From positions 1-61,691 of the forward strand of contig JBBQZC010000007.1 of NCBI GenBank assembly GCA_038208115.1: a DNA stretch of 61,691 nt. Reading direction: 5' to 3'. Position numbers and translations under genes: made by a program. The notes under the pieces were generated by a model. The model ran no database searches, had not been told where the DNA came from, and saw nothing but the letters and a program-made list of their open reading frames with translations. Source of the DNA: Candidatus Moraniibacteriota bacterium. Its GTDB lineage: Bacteria > Patescibacteriota > Minisyncoccia > Moranbacterales > GCA-2747515. The stretch's first letter is position 1. Each line of letters starts with the position of its first letter. Shown piece after piece: positions 28,688 to 38,542 of this stretch.

Positions 28688-30300
28688 AGTTGTGGTTCAG
28701 CATTTAAAATATTATTATTATCACGTTCCATTTCATCTTGTGATATTTCCGTGTAGGTATAGTGTTCTTTCATGTTGTTACCAATCATGATTACGAGATC
28801 ACTATGTACATCAGTAAGTATAGCAGCATTTTCGTCACTTTTCTCTAGCGGGATTTTTTTCAGAAGTTCATCAAGAGAAAACGGCATTGCGCCATTTGTA
28901 GTATCAATGATGATTGATTGTTCACGTGTTGAAATCTGATTTTTGTTTTTTTGAGGAGGTGTATATATGGTAATGTCTTCAAAACCAATTGAATGTAATG
29001 TTGTAGTAATGCGTTGAATAATCTGAAAATCATCCGTTGTGTTTACGAGTGTGATTGTTGGCTGTTCGTTTTGGATGTCCTTTTCGCGTTGTGCAATTTT
29101 ATTAAGATTAAAAATGTTTTCTGCACGGTCGCGAATTTCTTTATAATTGCCAATGCGAGGCAATAATCCTGAAATACGTACACCATCGGAAAATTGTCGT
29201 GCACTCACAAGAAGGCTTCTGGGTTGCCATGCATCCACAACAACTGTCGTAATGTTTTGTGTATCAAGTTTTTTGAAAAGAGCAATGAATGGTTCGATTT
29301 CATTGGGGGAAACATTTGTATGCACATGTTCACCGAGCACATCAAAAATTTCACTAATTTTAATCGGATTTACGATTGTTCCGAGAGAAAATGCTTTGTT
29401 GCGAGATGCTTGTAGAATTTGTTGTTGACGTTTGGCACGACCGAAGTCGCCTTCTGCATCATGCCGTGTGCGTGCATATTTTAATGCTATTTCTCCGTTA
29501 AATTTCTGTAATCCAGGATATACTTCAAATGTTTCATAACTGTAGCCTGGTCCGGGGTAGCGTTCATCTTTGATGTGTGATTGTACATCGACATTTATAC
29601 CATCAAGTATATCGATAATTTTGATAAATCCTTCAAAATCCATCACAACATAATAATGAATTTTTTGTCCCGTAACATCTTGCACAGTATCGATGATATA
29701 ATCAGCACCAGCATTGTTGCGCAAACCTGATTGATAGAGTGCATTAATCTTGCCATAAGAGTTTCCATGAGCTACGAGGAGGTCGCGAGGGAGGGAAAAT
29801 AGTCCAACAGTATAGTCAGTTGTGTTGATGCTTGCAAGCATGATTGTGTCTGTCAAATCTTTGCCAGATTTGTGAGAATTTGCACGTCCGAGAAGGAGAA
29901 TGTTGATGCGCCCTTCTGTAAAACCCGCTAGAGAATCATATGAGTGAGAGTTTGTAATATTGGAAAACGTTGTAAATATTGAGTGTTTTTCTGTGCTATC
30001 AGACATGTCTGTAAAGGTGCTGTTGGTTTTAGCGTATAAAAGATAGAGTGCAATGATAATGCTTGATATAAAAACAAAAAAGGCAATCCAAAAAATTGTT
30101 CTACCAATTTTTTTTACTGGTTTTTTGTCAGTGTTTTCTTTAATGTGTGTTCTTTTGATGTATTGATCAAAAGTTTCAATCGGATCACTTTTTTGTGCAG
30201 AAGTAGTAAAAGTGTTGCGTGGTCTTGCCACACGGATTGCACTGTGATGTATGGGTGGCTGCTGTGAATGAGAAATGGGTTTTCGTCGTGCAATGTCCAT
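28684..30300 (-). CDS. LCP (LytR-CpsA-Psr) family glycopolymer transferase
   Basis: N-terminal TM, INILLLG, TDTIML, SLPRD, KINA, YARTRH, DFGRAKRQQ. Confidence 0.92.
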   Translation of the reverse strand: MDIARRKPISHSQQPPIHHSAIRVARPRNTFTTSAQKSDPIETFDQYIKRTHIKENTDKKPVKKIGRTIFWIAFFVFISSIIIALYLLYAKTNSTFTDMSDSTEKHSIFTTFSNITNSHSYDSLAGFTEGRINILLLGRANSHKSGKDLTDTIMLASINTTDYTVGLFSLPRDLLVAHGNSYGKINALYQSGLRNNAGADYIIDTVQDVTGQKIHYYVVMDFEGFIKIIDILDGINVDVQSHIKDERYPGPGYSYETFEVYPGLQKFNGEIALKYARTRHDAEGDFGRAKRQQQILQASRNKAFSLGTIVNPIKISEIFDVLGEHVHTNVSPNEIEPFIALFKKLDTQNITTVVVDAWQPRSLLVSARQFSDGVRISGLLPRIGNYKEIRDRAENIFNLNKIAQREKDIQNEQPTITLVNTTDDFQIIQRITTTLHSIGFEDITIYTPPQKNKNQISTREQSIIIDTTNGAMPFSLDELLKKIPLEKSDENAAILTDVHSDLVIMIGNNMKEHYTYTEISQDEMERDNNNILNAEPQL

Positions 30301-30475
30301 GGTATATAAAAAAAGATGAAATCAGAATAATTATATTTTAGCATAGAATGAAATATTCAGTAACTTTATGTGGTATTTAAATCTAAAGATCAGTTCCTAA
30401 AAATTAAAAAAGGACACTCTACTATAGCAAAGTAGCGTGTCCTGTAAATTGATGGAAAAAATGGTCATTCTTTCA

Positions 30476-30790
30476 TCAATTCGTTTTTTTGAGGAGCTTT
30501 TGAGCCATGTGGCTCGCAAATCCTCTAGGAGTAGGTGAGGCGGGTTTTTCTTGCTCAACTTGGATTGTCTTCCGACTTGCGGCAATCCTCGCGTCTACAA
30601 ATACTTGCATGTTCCCGTTATTGTCATAAAAGACAATGGTGTCTGGCAAGTCGCTGTGGGTTGAAACAACGTCTCTGAACTCTTCCCGCACTTCTTCCCA
30701 GAACGTTAACTGATGCGCATGTGATTCTGCAATAAAGCAAAATATCAACACAACAATAGTCATAGTAGCCAATCTGAATGAATTTTTCAT
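30476..30790 (-). CDS. hypothetical secreted protein (islet ORFan)
   Basis: Signal peptide ending AESHA, GAGGA SD, downstream hairpin AGGACAC/GTGTCCT. Confidence 0.6.
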   Translation of the reverse strand: MKNSFRLATMTIVVLIFCFIAESHAHQLTFWEEVREEFRDVVSTHSDLPDTIVFYDNNGNMQVFVDARIAASRKTIQVEQEKPASPTPRGFASHMAQKLLKKTN

Positions 30791-31162
30791 CTGGTATCCT
30801 CATTTTAAGAACAATTATCTTACAAAATTAGGAATTCTGCAAAAAAAACAGAAATCCAGCCATTTCAATTGTAATTGTATATTATACACCAAAATTGACA
30901 AATTGTCAATAATTTCGATTTGTGCTTTGTATTTACATAGAAATGTAATTACATAGTTATTATCCCTAAATATCAATAAAAACATCTATTATGTTTTTTA
31001 ACAATAATCAAATTTTTTTGCAATTATAGTTTGTCGAAATAATCTACTGCCTGAAAACCCCTGTCTTAAAATCCTTGCTCTGACAAAAATTATTGTGTAT
31101 GCTAATATAGATGTAATATGTTTACAATTCTGAACGACTAACTACTCACTACTTACTAAAAT

Positions 31163-33508
31163 ATGTACTTAAAGAGAATAGAAATAAAAGGATTTAAATC
31201 TTTTGCAACGGAAACAGCTTTTGATTTTTCACGGCAGTGTGTTGGTGCGAGCGCAGGCAATGATAAGGGGTGTGGTATCACAGCAATTGTCGGACCAAAT
31301 GGTTCAGGTAAATCCAACCTATCAGATGCAGTGCGATGGGTGATGGGGGAACAATCCATGAAAAGTTTGCGTGGAAAGAAAAGCGAAGACGTGATCTTCT
31401 CGGGATCTGAAAAAAAAGGACGTGCGTCTATGGCTTCCGTATCATTGATCTTTGATAATATTGATAAATCAATACCAATTGAATTTGATGAAGTAATTAT
31501 CACACGCACATTATTTCGTAGCGGAGAAAGTGAATACATGATCAATGATGCACATGTGCGCCTCTTGGACGTAATTGATTTGCTTGCTCGTGTTGGCATT
31601 GGGAAGGAAAGTTATTGTGTCGTCGGACAAGGCCTGACGGATGCGATCTTGAATGCAACAGCGCTCGAGAGACGAGGTATCATCGAAGATGCTGCTGGCG
31701 TGAGACATTTCCAGATTCGCAAAGAACGTTCACTCAAAAAGTTGGATCGCACGAAAGAAAATCTTGATCAAGTGCAAACATTAATCACAGAGGTGACGCC
31801 ACATTTGCGCTCACTGCGGAGACAAGCTGGAAAGGCGAAGCAAGGCAAAGAAGTATATGATGCACTCAAAGAATCACAAAAAAATTATTTTTCACTTGTG
31901 TGGCATAATCTTTATAAAGAAAAAGTACATTTAGAAGACGAACGTCAACGAATTGGCGTCGTGCTCAAAAATGCAGAAAGGGAAGTGGATATCCTCAATG
32001 ATCAAATTATTGCTGAATCAAAAAAAGTAGATGACGCAGAAAAAATTGCGGAGTATGAAAAGGAAAAAAGAGGTGCATATGTGAAATTGCAGTCATTGGA
32101 GAAGAAGATCGCTGTTGCGGAAGGTCATATCGAAATTCAAAAAGAACGACGGAATCATGAAGTGAAAGTCAAAAGTGTTCCTGTGGATCTCTTTTATGTA
32201 CAAAAACAATTAGCACAGATTAGAGAGAAGCAGAACATGCTTGTTGATGAATTGGAAAATGTAAAAGAAATCAATGAGCTAAAAGAAATCGTCAAAAAAT
32301 TACGTGCAGTGCATGCTGAGGTGTCTAAGTTATATGATGATGCAGAGCGTCGTCAGGTGGATGTGGTCCAGGATGACTACGATATGAAAGTGCAAAAGTA
32401 TGATGATAAGATTGCGGAATTGGATAAGGAAATTATAGAACACACAAAGTATGTCGTGGGAATGCGCCAGGAGATTGAGCGATTGGATACGCTGATCATT
32501 GCAGCGGTAGTTGCAGATAAAGAAGCGCGTACTCAATTTTTTGTATTAGAAAAAGAACTGCGTGAGAAACAGCGTATGCTTGATGCTGTACGTGAACAAT
32601 TCAATGATGTAAAAGTAGAGATCGCACGTACAGAGGTGAGAGAAGAAGACGTCGTTTCTGAAGTGCGTCAGGAGCTTGGTATAGAGGTCACTGAATTGGG
32701 TGAGTGCACGACGGCAGATGCGAGCAGAGAAGATTTGGAGCGTGAAATGCAAAGATTGCGCAGTAAATATGAACAGATTGGTGGAATCGATCCGATGGTA
32801 ATCGAAGAGTATGAGGAGATGCAAGGGCGATTTGATGTGCTCGCGACAGAATCAGAGGACCTTGCACAGGCGATTATCCAGCTCAAAGAAGTGGTTAAAG
32901 AGATGGATCAAAAGATTCATACAGCTTTTGTGTCAGCATACAAAGAAATCAACATTGAATTTACGAAATACTTTCGCATACTCTTTAACGGCGGTAATGC
33001 CAAATTATCAAAGATTACGGTCGATGTCACGCCACAAAAGAAAAAAAGCGAAGACATTGAAGGCGATGTGGAATTGGAAATTTTGCAGGACGTCGAAGAA
33101 GACTCATATGATGCGAAAGTAGTAGCAAAACAGGGAAAGACGGAGATTGGTATAGAGATCATTGCATCGCCACCAGGAAAAAAAATCAAACACCTCTCAC
33201 TACTTTCTGGAGGGGAGCGCTCTCTTACATCGATAGCTATGTTACTTGCGATTATCGCATATAATCCACCACCATTTACGATCCTCGATGAAGTTGAAGC
33301 TGCTCTTGATGAGGCAAACTCACGCAGGCTCGCAAAGATCTTTGGAGAACTCTCACATAAGACACAATTTATTATCATTACACACAATCGCGAAACAATG
33401 CGACATTCTGATACGATGTATGGCGTGACGATGGGTAACGATGGTGCATCACAACTCCTCTCCGTAAAACTTGACCAGATCAAAGATGATGGTGAAATAA
33501 CAACGTAA
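31163..33508 (+). CDS. smc: SMC-family chromosome segregation ATPase, short form (781 aa)
   Basis: GFKSF, Walker A GPNGSGKSN, signature LSGGE, Walker B LDEVEAALD, H-loop ITH, coiled coils between the head halves. Confidence 0.93.
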   Translation: MYLKRIEIKGFKSFATETAFDFSRQCVGASAGNDKGCGITAIVGPNGSGKSNLSDAVRWVMGEQSMKSLRGKKSEDVIFSGSEKKGRASMASVSLIFDNIDKSIPIEFDEVIITRTLFRSGESEYMINDAHVRLLDVIDLLARVGIGKESYCVVGQGLTDAILNATALERRGIIEDAAGVRHFQIRKERSLKKLDRTKENLDQVQTLITEVTPHLRSLRRQAGKAKQGKEVYDALKESQKNYFSLVWHNLYKEKVHLEDERQRIGVVLKNAEREVDILNDQIIAESKKVDDAEKIAEYEKEKRGAYVKLQSLEKKIAVAEGHIEIQKERRNHEVKVKSVPVDLFYVQKQLAQIREKQNMLVDELENVKEINELKEIVKKLRAVHAEVSKLYDDAERRQVDVVQDDYDMKVQKYDDKIAELDKEIIEHTKYVVGMRQEIERLDTLIIAAVVADKEARTQFFVLEKELREKQRMLDAVREQFNDVKVEIARTEVREEDVVSEVRQELGIEVTELGECTTADASREDLEREMQRLRSKYEQIGGIDPMVIEEYEEMQGRFDVLATESEDLAQAIIQLKEVVKEMDQKIHTAFVSAYKEINIEFTKYFRILFNGGNAKLSKITVDVTPQKKKSEDIEGDVELEILQDVEEDSYDAKVVAKQGKTEIGIEIIASPPGKKIKHLSLLSGGERSLTSIAMLLAIIAYNPPPFTILDEVEAALDEANSRRLAKIFGELSHKTQFIIITHNRETMRHSDTMYGVTMGNDGASQLLSVKLDQIKDDGEITT

Positions 33509-33509
33509 T

Positions 33510-33543
33510 AAAAATGCTACAAGAATTCTCTTGTAGCATTTTT
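33510..33543. terminator. bidirectional terminator
   Basis: Perfect inverted repeat AAAAATGCTACAAGA/TCTTGTAGCATTTTT between convergent genes. Confidence 0.8.
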
Positions 33544-33553
33544 CTTATACAAA

Positions 33554-33964
33554 CTAGGTGATTTTTGAAGACTTCATTTTTTTGATGATTAGTCCAATTA
33601 AAAAACAGAAGAGCCATATCACGAGTGTTACACCACAACTTAAGGCAGTAAGCAGAACATGCAAAAGGTCAATGGGTTGAAAGCCTGTTGTGAGCAATGT
33701 ATGTATTGTTGATACAATAATAAAAATGATCGTACAGACAATGAACATTCTCAAAAGATCATAGACTATTACATTGATAATGCCAGGTATGCCGTTACGC
33801 TTAAAAGCTTTTGGTATTTCGATGATCCCATCATACCACGGAGGATGTGCAATCAGACTAATTGAGGAACCTTTATAGATGAGGAAAACAAAGAGTATCA
33901 TGGTGACAATGACCTTAATCATAATCCATAAAACCGCACAAATGTATCCAATGATTGTAATCAT
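33554..33964 (-). CDS. hypothetical 3-TM membrane protein (islet ORFan)
   Basis: GGGAGG SD; minus-strand promoter TTGACT-17-TATAGT near 34027-34055. Confidence 0.65.
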   Translation of the reverse strand: MITIIGYICAVLWIMIKVIVTMILFVFLIYKGSSISLIAHPPWYDGIIEIPKAFKRNGIPGIINVIVYDLLRMFIVCTIIFIIVSTIHTLLTTGFQPIDLLHVLLTALSCGVTLVIWLFCFLIGLIIKKMKSSKIT

Positions 33965-34074
33965 GAAAAAGCCTCCCTTGCAGATGAGTGTTATTAAATG
34001 AACTGTGAATATGTAGCATGTGCCTCACTATAGCAGAATGGAAAGCGCAGTCAATATACATAAAAATAATCAAC

Positions 34075-34433
34075 TGTTAGCATTGCAGCAAAGGAGGTTA
34101 CACTTTTCACAGAAGAATTAAGCTAGAAGGTCATCTTTTAGCTTAAAAACTATGAATATTTATGACTCACAATATATGTCACTGCAAGAAGAAAAACTTA
34201 AATTAATCATAGAAAAACAAACCACTGTGGTAGCTGCGGCTGAAGATTTCAATGTTACCAGACAAACAGTCCATAAAAAGATGTACGCTCCACTAAAAAT
34301 TATCAGCACAGGTTAAATTTATTTCTACATTATTACAATTACCAAAAAAACCGCGAATTAGGTATAAATGGGAAAACGCCCATGCAAAGGCTCCAGGAGT
34401 GTGCAAGTGTAAACTTGACGCTGCAATGCTACA
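34075..34433 (+). mobile_element. internally deleted IS481-like element (359 bp)
   Basis: Terminal IRs TGT(T)AGCATTGCAGC / GCTGCAATGCTACA. It holds a transposase N-terminal HTH (TVVAAAEDFNVTRQTVHK) and C-terminus (FLHYYNYQ..LGINGKTPMQRL) with the core missing. Confidence 0.8.
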
Positions 34434-34437
34434 AAAA

Positions 34438-34466
34438 TTGACAAAAACGATATTTCGTAGTAAAAT
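34438..34466 (+). promoter_or_regulatory. sigma70 promoter abutting the IS right end
   Basis: TTGACA, 17 bp, TAAAAT. Confidence 0.7.
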
Positions 34467-34611
34467 AGTTATTCTGTTCTTTGATATTTTGAAGTAACTG
34501 TTTGCCATAGCAGAAAGGATTATTCTCGATTGTGAGAAATGTATTTTCTGTTGTGGCAAAGTCGATGGTCGATTTTAGTCACGGCAATAACATTTATTGT
34601 GGAGGTTTGTC

Positions 34612-35268
34612 ATGGCAACAGCAGTAGTCACCGGCGAACAATATTACGAAGTTCATGGAAAAGTGCTCGAATTAATGAGGCAGTTGAGACAGAAGGGCGG
34701 CTATCCGCACGATATTAATAAACTGGATCAACATCTTCATGCAGCAACTGAAGGTCGCTTTCTAAATATTCCTGGGAGATTTTTGGCAGAATTCACATGT
34801 TCAAAATTGCCTGATGGCCCTGCAATTTGTGATACAGTCAAGATATTTAATCCAGAAGGATATTTATCTGACGCAACAAGAGGGTTGTTGCTTCAAATGG
34901 ATATTTTGCCTGAGGAAAAAGATGTATGTTTATGGAGTGTGACTGGTAAGGAGCTGGGTTTTAACAATGCTTCTCCGATGCATCGAGTTTATGAACGTGC
35001 TGAGCAGTTCGGTCTAGGGGTGGTTACGCCACAGATGATGGTTGGATATTTTATCAAGATCAAGAATGATAATATTCTCATCAAAAATCATTTCGGCGGC
35101 ATGAAGCCAATAATCGTAAAAGCAAATTATTATGATCCATTCTGTGTTTTTTGTATTATTAATAGGGCTGGCGTTATGGTATTAAGTCATCAAGAAGCTC
35201 ATAGCAACACCCTATTTAACCCAGAAGTTCGATGGATGTTTACATGTCCCCCAGGATGGGTGAAATAA
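34612..35268 (+). CDS. hypothetical protein (islet ORFan)
   Basis: GGAGG SD before the ATG at 34612; hairpin ACCCACTTATC/GATAAGTGGGT downstream. Confidence 0.7.
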   Translation: MATAVVTGEQYYEVHGKVLELMRQLRQKGGYPHDINKLDQHLHAATEGRFLNIPGRFLAEFTCSKLPDGPAICDTVKIFNPEGYLSDATRGLLLQMDILPEEKDVCLWSVTGKELGFNNASPMHRVYERAEQFGLGVVTPQMMVGYFIKIKNDNILIKNHFGGMKPIIVKANYYDPFCVFCIINRAGVMVLSHQEAHSNTLFNPEVRWMFTCPPGWVK

Positions 35269-35395
35269 TCCAAAAAAACTGAAGTACCCACTTATCTTAT
35301 AGCAAAATTGTTGTATTTGATAAGTGGGTTTTATATTTAGATTACATTTATTTTTGTTTAATTCTCCAAGAAAACGCAAAATTAATAGTAGCATG

Positions 35396-35424
35396 TTGAC
35401 AAAAAACGATATTTTATCTATTAT
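35396..35424 (+). promoter_or_regulatory. sigma70 promoter for rpsP
   Basis: TTGACA, 17 bp, TATTAT. Confidence 0.7.
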
Positions 35425-35498
35425 GAGTAGTACATGCTAAATGTTCATGAGAGTACATGCTCGTGAATTATTTAAATTTTTGAATATTTAATGAAATT

Positions 35499-35834
35499 AT
35501 GTTAGTAATACGATTTAGTCGTGTAGGAAGACACAATCACGCACAATACAGAATTGTCGTGCAAGAAAATGCAAAAGCTCCATCAGGGAAGCATCTTGCA
35601 GTAGTTGGAAGCTATGATCCACACACAAAACAAACCGTGCTGAAAGAGGAGAAGATTAAAAGTTTTTTGGCAAACGGTGCGCAACCTTCTGATAGTGTGT
35701 ACAATCTTTTGGTACGAAATGGTATTATCAAAGGCACAAAACGTGTCGTAAAACTTCCAGCAAAACCAGTTCCAGAAGTAGTAGAGGATACTGTCACAGA
35801 AAAGACAGAAGAAAAAAATCCAGAAATTAAATAG
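35499..35834 (+). CDS. rpsP: 30S ribosomal protein S16
   Basis: IRFSRVGR...YRIVV...GSYDP...GAQPSDSV. Confidence 0.96.
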   Translation: MLVIRFSRVGRHNHAQYRIVVQENAKAPSGKHLAVVGSYDPHTKQTVLKEEKIKSFLANGAQPSDSVYNLLVRNGIIKGTKRVVKLPAKPVPEVVEDTVTEKTEEKNPEIK

Positions 35835-35838
35835 ATCA

Positions 35839-36005
35839 TTGACAACCCTGAAATATTACGTTAGTATGGGAAGAGTTTAAAAAAAGAAAATACTATAAGT
35901 CCGCAGAAGCAAGGCGCAAGATGGTAGGTCCTTGTGAGGAAATTGATAGCATATATTACATGTGTTAATTGATGAAATTCTGCGAGATAATCGCGGAATT
36001 TTTTT
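35839..36005 (+). promoter_or_regulatory. rplJ promoter and L10 leader
   Basis: TTGACA-17-TAGTAT, then AAGTCCGCAGAA...TTCTGCGAGA...CGCGGAATTTTTT: an L10-leader-like stem plus terminator-like hairpin. Confidence 0.6.
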
Positions 36006-36034
36006 AGTATTAAAAAGTATTAATAAGAAATAAT

Positions 36035-36553
36035 ATGCTTACACGACAACAGAAGGAAGAAATCGTCGCAAAGTTAAGTGCAGAGCTCAAAAATTCTCCT
36101 GCATGTGTGCTTACTGATTTCAAAGGCCTGAATGCAAATGATATGGTGGCGCTCAAGAGACAGCTTCGCGAATCAGGATCTACATTTCAGATCATCAAGA
36201 AAAAATTATTGGCAATTGCACTCAAAAATAATAACATTGAGATAGACCCAAAATCACTAGATGGACAGATTGCAGTGAGTGTGTCATCAGATGAAGTAAC
36301 ATCCGCAAAGATTATTTTTGACACAGCAAAGAAAAATGAAAATGTAAAGATCGTTGGCGGAGTATTGGGAGAGAAATTGATGAGCATAGATGAAGTGAAT
36401 GTATTGGCAAAGTTGCCATCACGCGACGAGCTTCGTGCACAACTTCTCGGTCAATTGCAAGCGCCGATCAGTGGATTCGTCAATGTGTTAGCTGGTGTGC
36501 CTCGTACATTTGTACAAGCATTGTCCGCGATTAAAGATAGTAAAGAATCATAA
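36035..36553 (+). CDS. rplJ: 50S ribosomal protein L10
   Basis: TRQQKEEIV, LRRQLR-like segment, LAKLPSRDELRAQL. Confidence 0.96.
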   Translation: MLTRQQKEEIVAKLSAELKNSPACVLTDFKGLNANDMVALKRQLRESGSTFQIIKKKLLAIALKNNNIEIDPKSLDGQIAVSVSSDEVTSAKIIFDTAKKNENVKIVGGVLGEKLMSIDEVNVLAKLPSRDELRAQLLGQLQAPISGFVNVLAGVPRTFVQALSAIKDSKES

Positions 36554-36606
36554 TTTTCTTACGTAATTTATTTATAAATTAATTAATAAGTATAATCAAC
36601 AATCCT

Positions 36607-37029
36607 ATGACAGAGGAAAAAAATGTAGCAGAAGCTGTGGAAGAAAAAGAAGTGGTAGTACCAAAGAAATTTGAAAAGATCGTTAAAGAAATCGAAGAAA
36701 TGAGCGTTCTTGATCTTGCAGAATTAATCAAGGTTCTTGAGGACAAATTTGGTGTAAGTGCTGCTGCTCCTATGGCAATGGCTATGCCAGTTGCTGGTGA
36801 AGCTGTAGTAGAAGAAAAATCTACATTTGATGTAGAATTAACAGCTATTGGTGATTCAAAGATTAATGTGATCAAAGCTGTTCGTGAACTTACAGGACAA
36901 GGTTTGAAAGAAGCTAAAGACATGGTAGATGGTGCGCCTGTTGTTGTAAAAGAAGGTGTATCAAAAGAGGAAGCCGAAACTGTAAAAGGTAAGCTCGAAG
37001 AAGCTGGTGCTACAGTAACATTGAAATAG
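36607..37029 (+). CDS. rplL: 50S ribosomal protein L7/L12
   Basis: [37 protein letters not shown]. Confidence 0.98.
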   Translation: MTEEKNVAEAVEEKEVVVPKKFEKIVKEIEEMSVLDLAELIKVLEDKFGVSAAAPMAMAMPVAGEAVVEEKSTFDVELTAIGDSKINVIKAVRELTGQGLKEAKDMVDGAPVVVKEGVSKEEAETVKGKLEEAGATVTLK

Positions 37030-37056
37030 TCTTTCAATAAAACAATTCGCATGCAC

Positions 37057-37088
37057 AAAACCCCGATAATCTATATGTCGGGGTTTTT
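37057..37088 (+). terminator. intrinsic terminator after rplL
   Basis: AAAACCCCGATA/TGTCGGGGTTTTT. Confidence 0.8.
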
Positions 37089-37193
37089 GTTATTGACAAA
37101 GAAAAAATTTCATTTTATAATCATAAGTCGAATAGGAAAAAAAGTTCTTAGCGAATGATGAATTCAATATTAAATACAATTGGAGGATGTGTA

Positions 37194-37532
37194 ATGAAGG
37201 AAAAAGAAAGTAAAAAACGATCTGATTTATCCATCAATATTGCATTTACAAGTTTTGGTGATGATGCGGTAATGGTTAACATCGTCGGGGCTAAAACAGA
37301 GGATGAGGCCAGAAAAATGTATGATGATTTTACTGTGGGAGAGGAAAAGGTTGTACATTATTGCTCTTTTGCAGCTGAGGATATCATAAGTGATGATGGA
37401 GAAATTGATGCAGGTTTTCGCATCGTTGAGGCGTTAATGCATCATCCTACTACAGTAGTAGTAATGGAACAGCTCCTTGCGAAAATTTTTGAAGCGAGTC
37501 AAAAAATGGCTTTGCAAAAAAATAAAGAGTAA
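37194..37532 (+). CDS. hypothetical protein (islet ORFan)
   Basis: GGAGG SD before the ATG at 37194; hairpin AGGCTTTGCGTG/ACGCAGAGTCTT downstream. Confidence 0.65.
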   Translation: MKEKESKKRSDLSINIAFTSFGDDAVMVNIVGAKTEDEARKMYDDFTVGEEKVVHYCSFAAEDIISDDGEIDAGFRIVEALMHHPTTVVVMEQLLAKIFEASQKMALQKNKE

Positions 37533-37873
37533 TAGAAAGTTAGGCTTTGCGTGATAATGATCAATTACACGCAGAGTCTTTTATTTATTTTTATCAAATT
37601 CTAAGATTATGTATGTGCATGAATAGCAAATACAGAATGGGTTATTGATATCCATTCTAACTATAAAATTTTTCATGTCTGAGGAACCGTTTGAGATGAA
37701 GAAGCTAATAATATATCAATTTAGATAATATTAGAGTATTTGCACTTTATAAGTTATTTCATTATATCTTGATAATACAATTAAAGCATGGCAGCTAGAT
37801 TTGTCGATGAAGCCCCTTAAAATATCAGGAGCTTCTTTTAAAATTTTTAAAAAAAGGGTACAATAGTCACACT

Positions 37874-38542
37874 ATGATGAAAATTGATTTTGTAACAATT
37901 TTTCCCGAGTTGATCCGTCCGTATACGAAAGACTCAATAATGAAGCGTGCAGTGGATTGTGGCGCCGTTATTTTTGGTTTTCGAAATATCAGAGAATACA
38001 CGGAGGATAAATATCATCGCGTGGATGACACGCCATATGGTGGAGGTGCGGGTATGGTTATGCAAGTTGCACCAATTCATCATGCAGTAGAATCGATCAC
38101 AATCGAAAATTCAGAAAAAAAAATGCGTATTATTTTGCTTTCAGCAAAGGGAAATAGATTCACACAGCGTGACGCAGAACGTCTGAAAGACTATGAGCAT
38201 CTGATTTTTATTTGTGGACGTTATGAGGGCGTTGATGAACGAGTGGCGACATACATTGCAGATGAGGAAATCTCTATTGGAGATTATGTATTGACAGGTG
38301 GAGAACTTGGAGCTATGGTGATTGCGGACAGTGTTGTGCGATTATTGCCTGATGTATTGGGTAATGAACTAAGTGCTGTGAATGAATCGCATAATCGGGA
38401 TGGATATCGAGAGCATCCACAGTATACGAAACCAGAAGAGTATAATGGATGGAAAGTGCCTGAAATACTATTGTCTGGACATCATGAAAATATCAACGTA
38501 TGGCGAAGTGAACAGAGTAAAATCATAAATAATGATGAGTAA
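37874..38542 (+). CDS. trmD: tRNA (guanine37-N1)-methyltransferase
   Basis: [40 protein letters not shown]. Confidence 0.98.
   Translation: MMKIDFVTIFPELIRPYTKDSIMKRAVDCGAVIFGFRNIREYTEDKYHRVDDTPYGGGAGMVMQVAPIHHAVESITIENSEKKMRIILLSAKGNRFTQRDAERLKDYEHLIFICGRYEGVDERVATYIADEEISIGDYVLTGGELGAMVIADSVVRLLPDVLGNELSAVNESHNRDGYREHPQYTKPEEYNGWKVPEILLSGHHENINVWRSEQSKIINNDE

Noticed and set aside
37786-37850. 10-aa [13 protein letters not shown] followed by a terminator-like hairpin before trmD
   Set aside because: Too short, with no SD or amino-acid bias suggesting a leader peptide; it cannot be supported.
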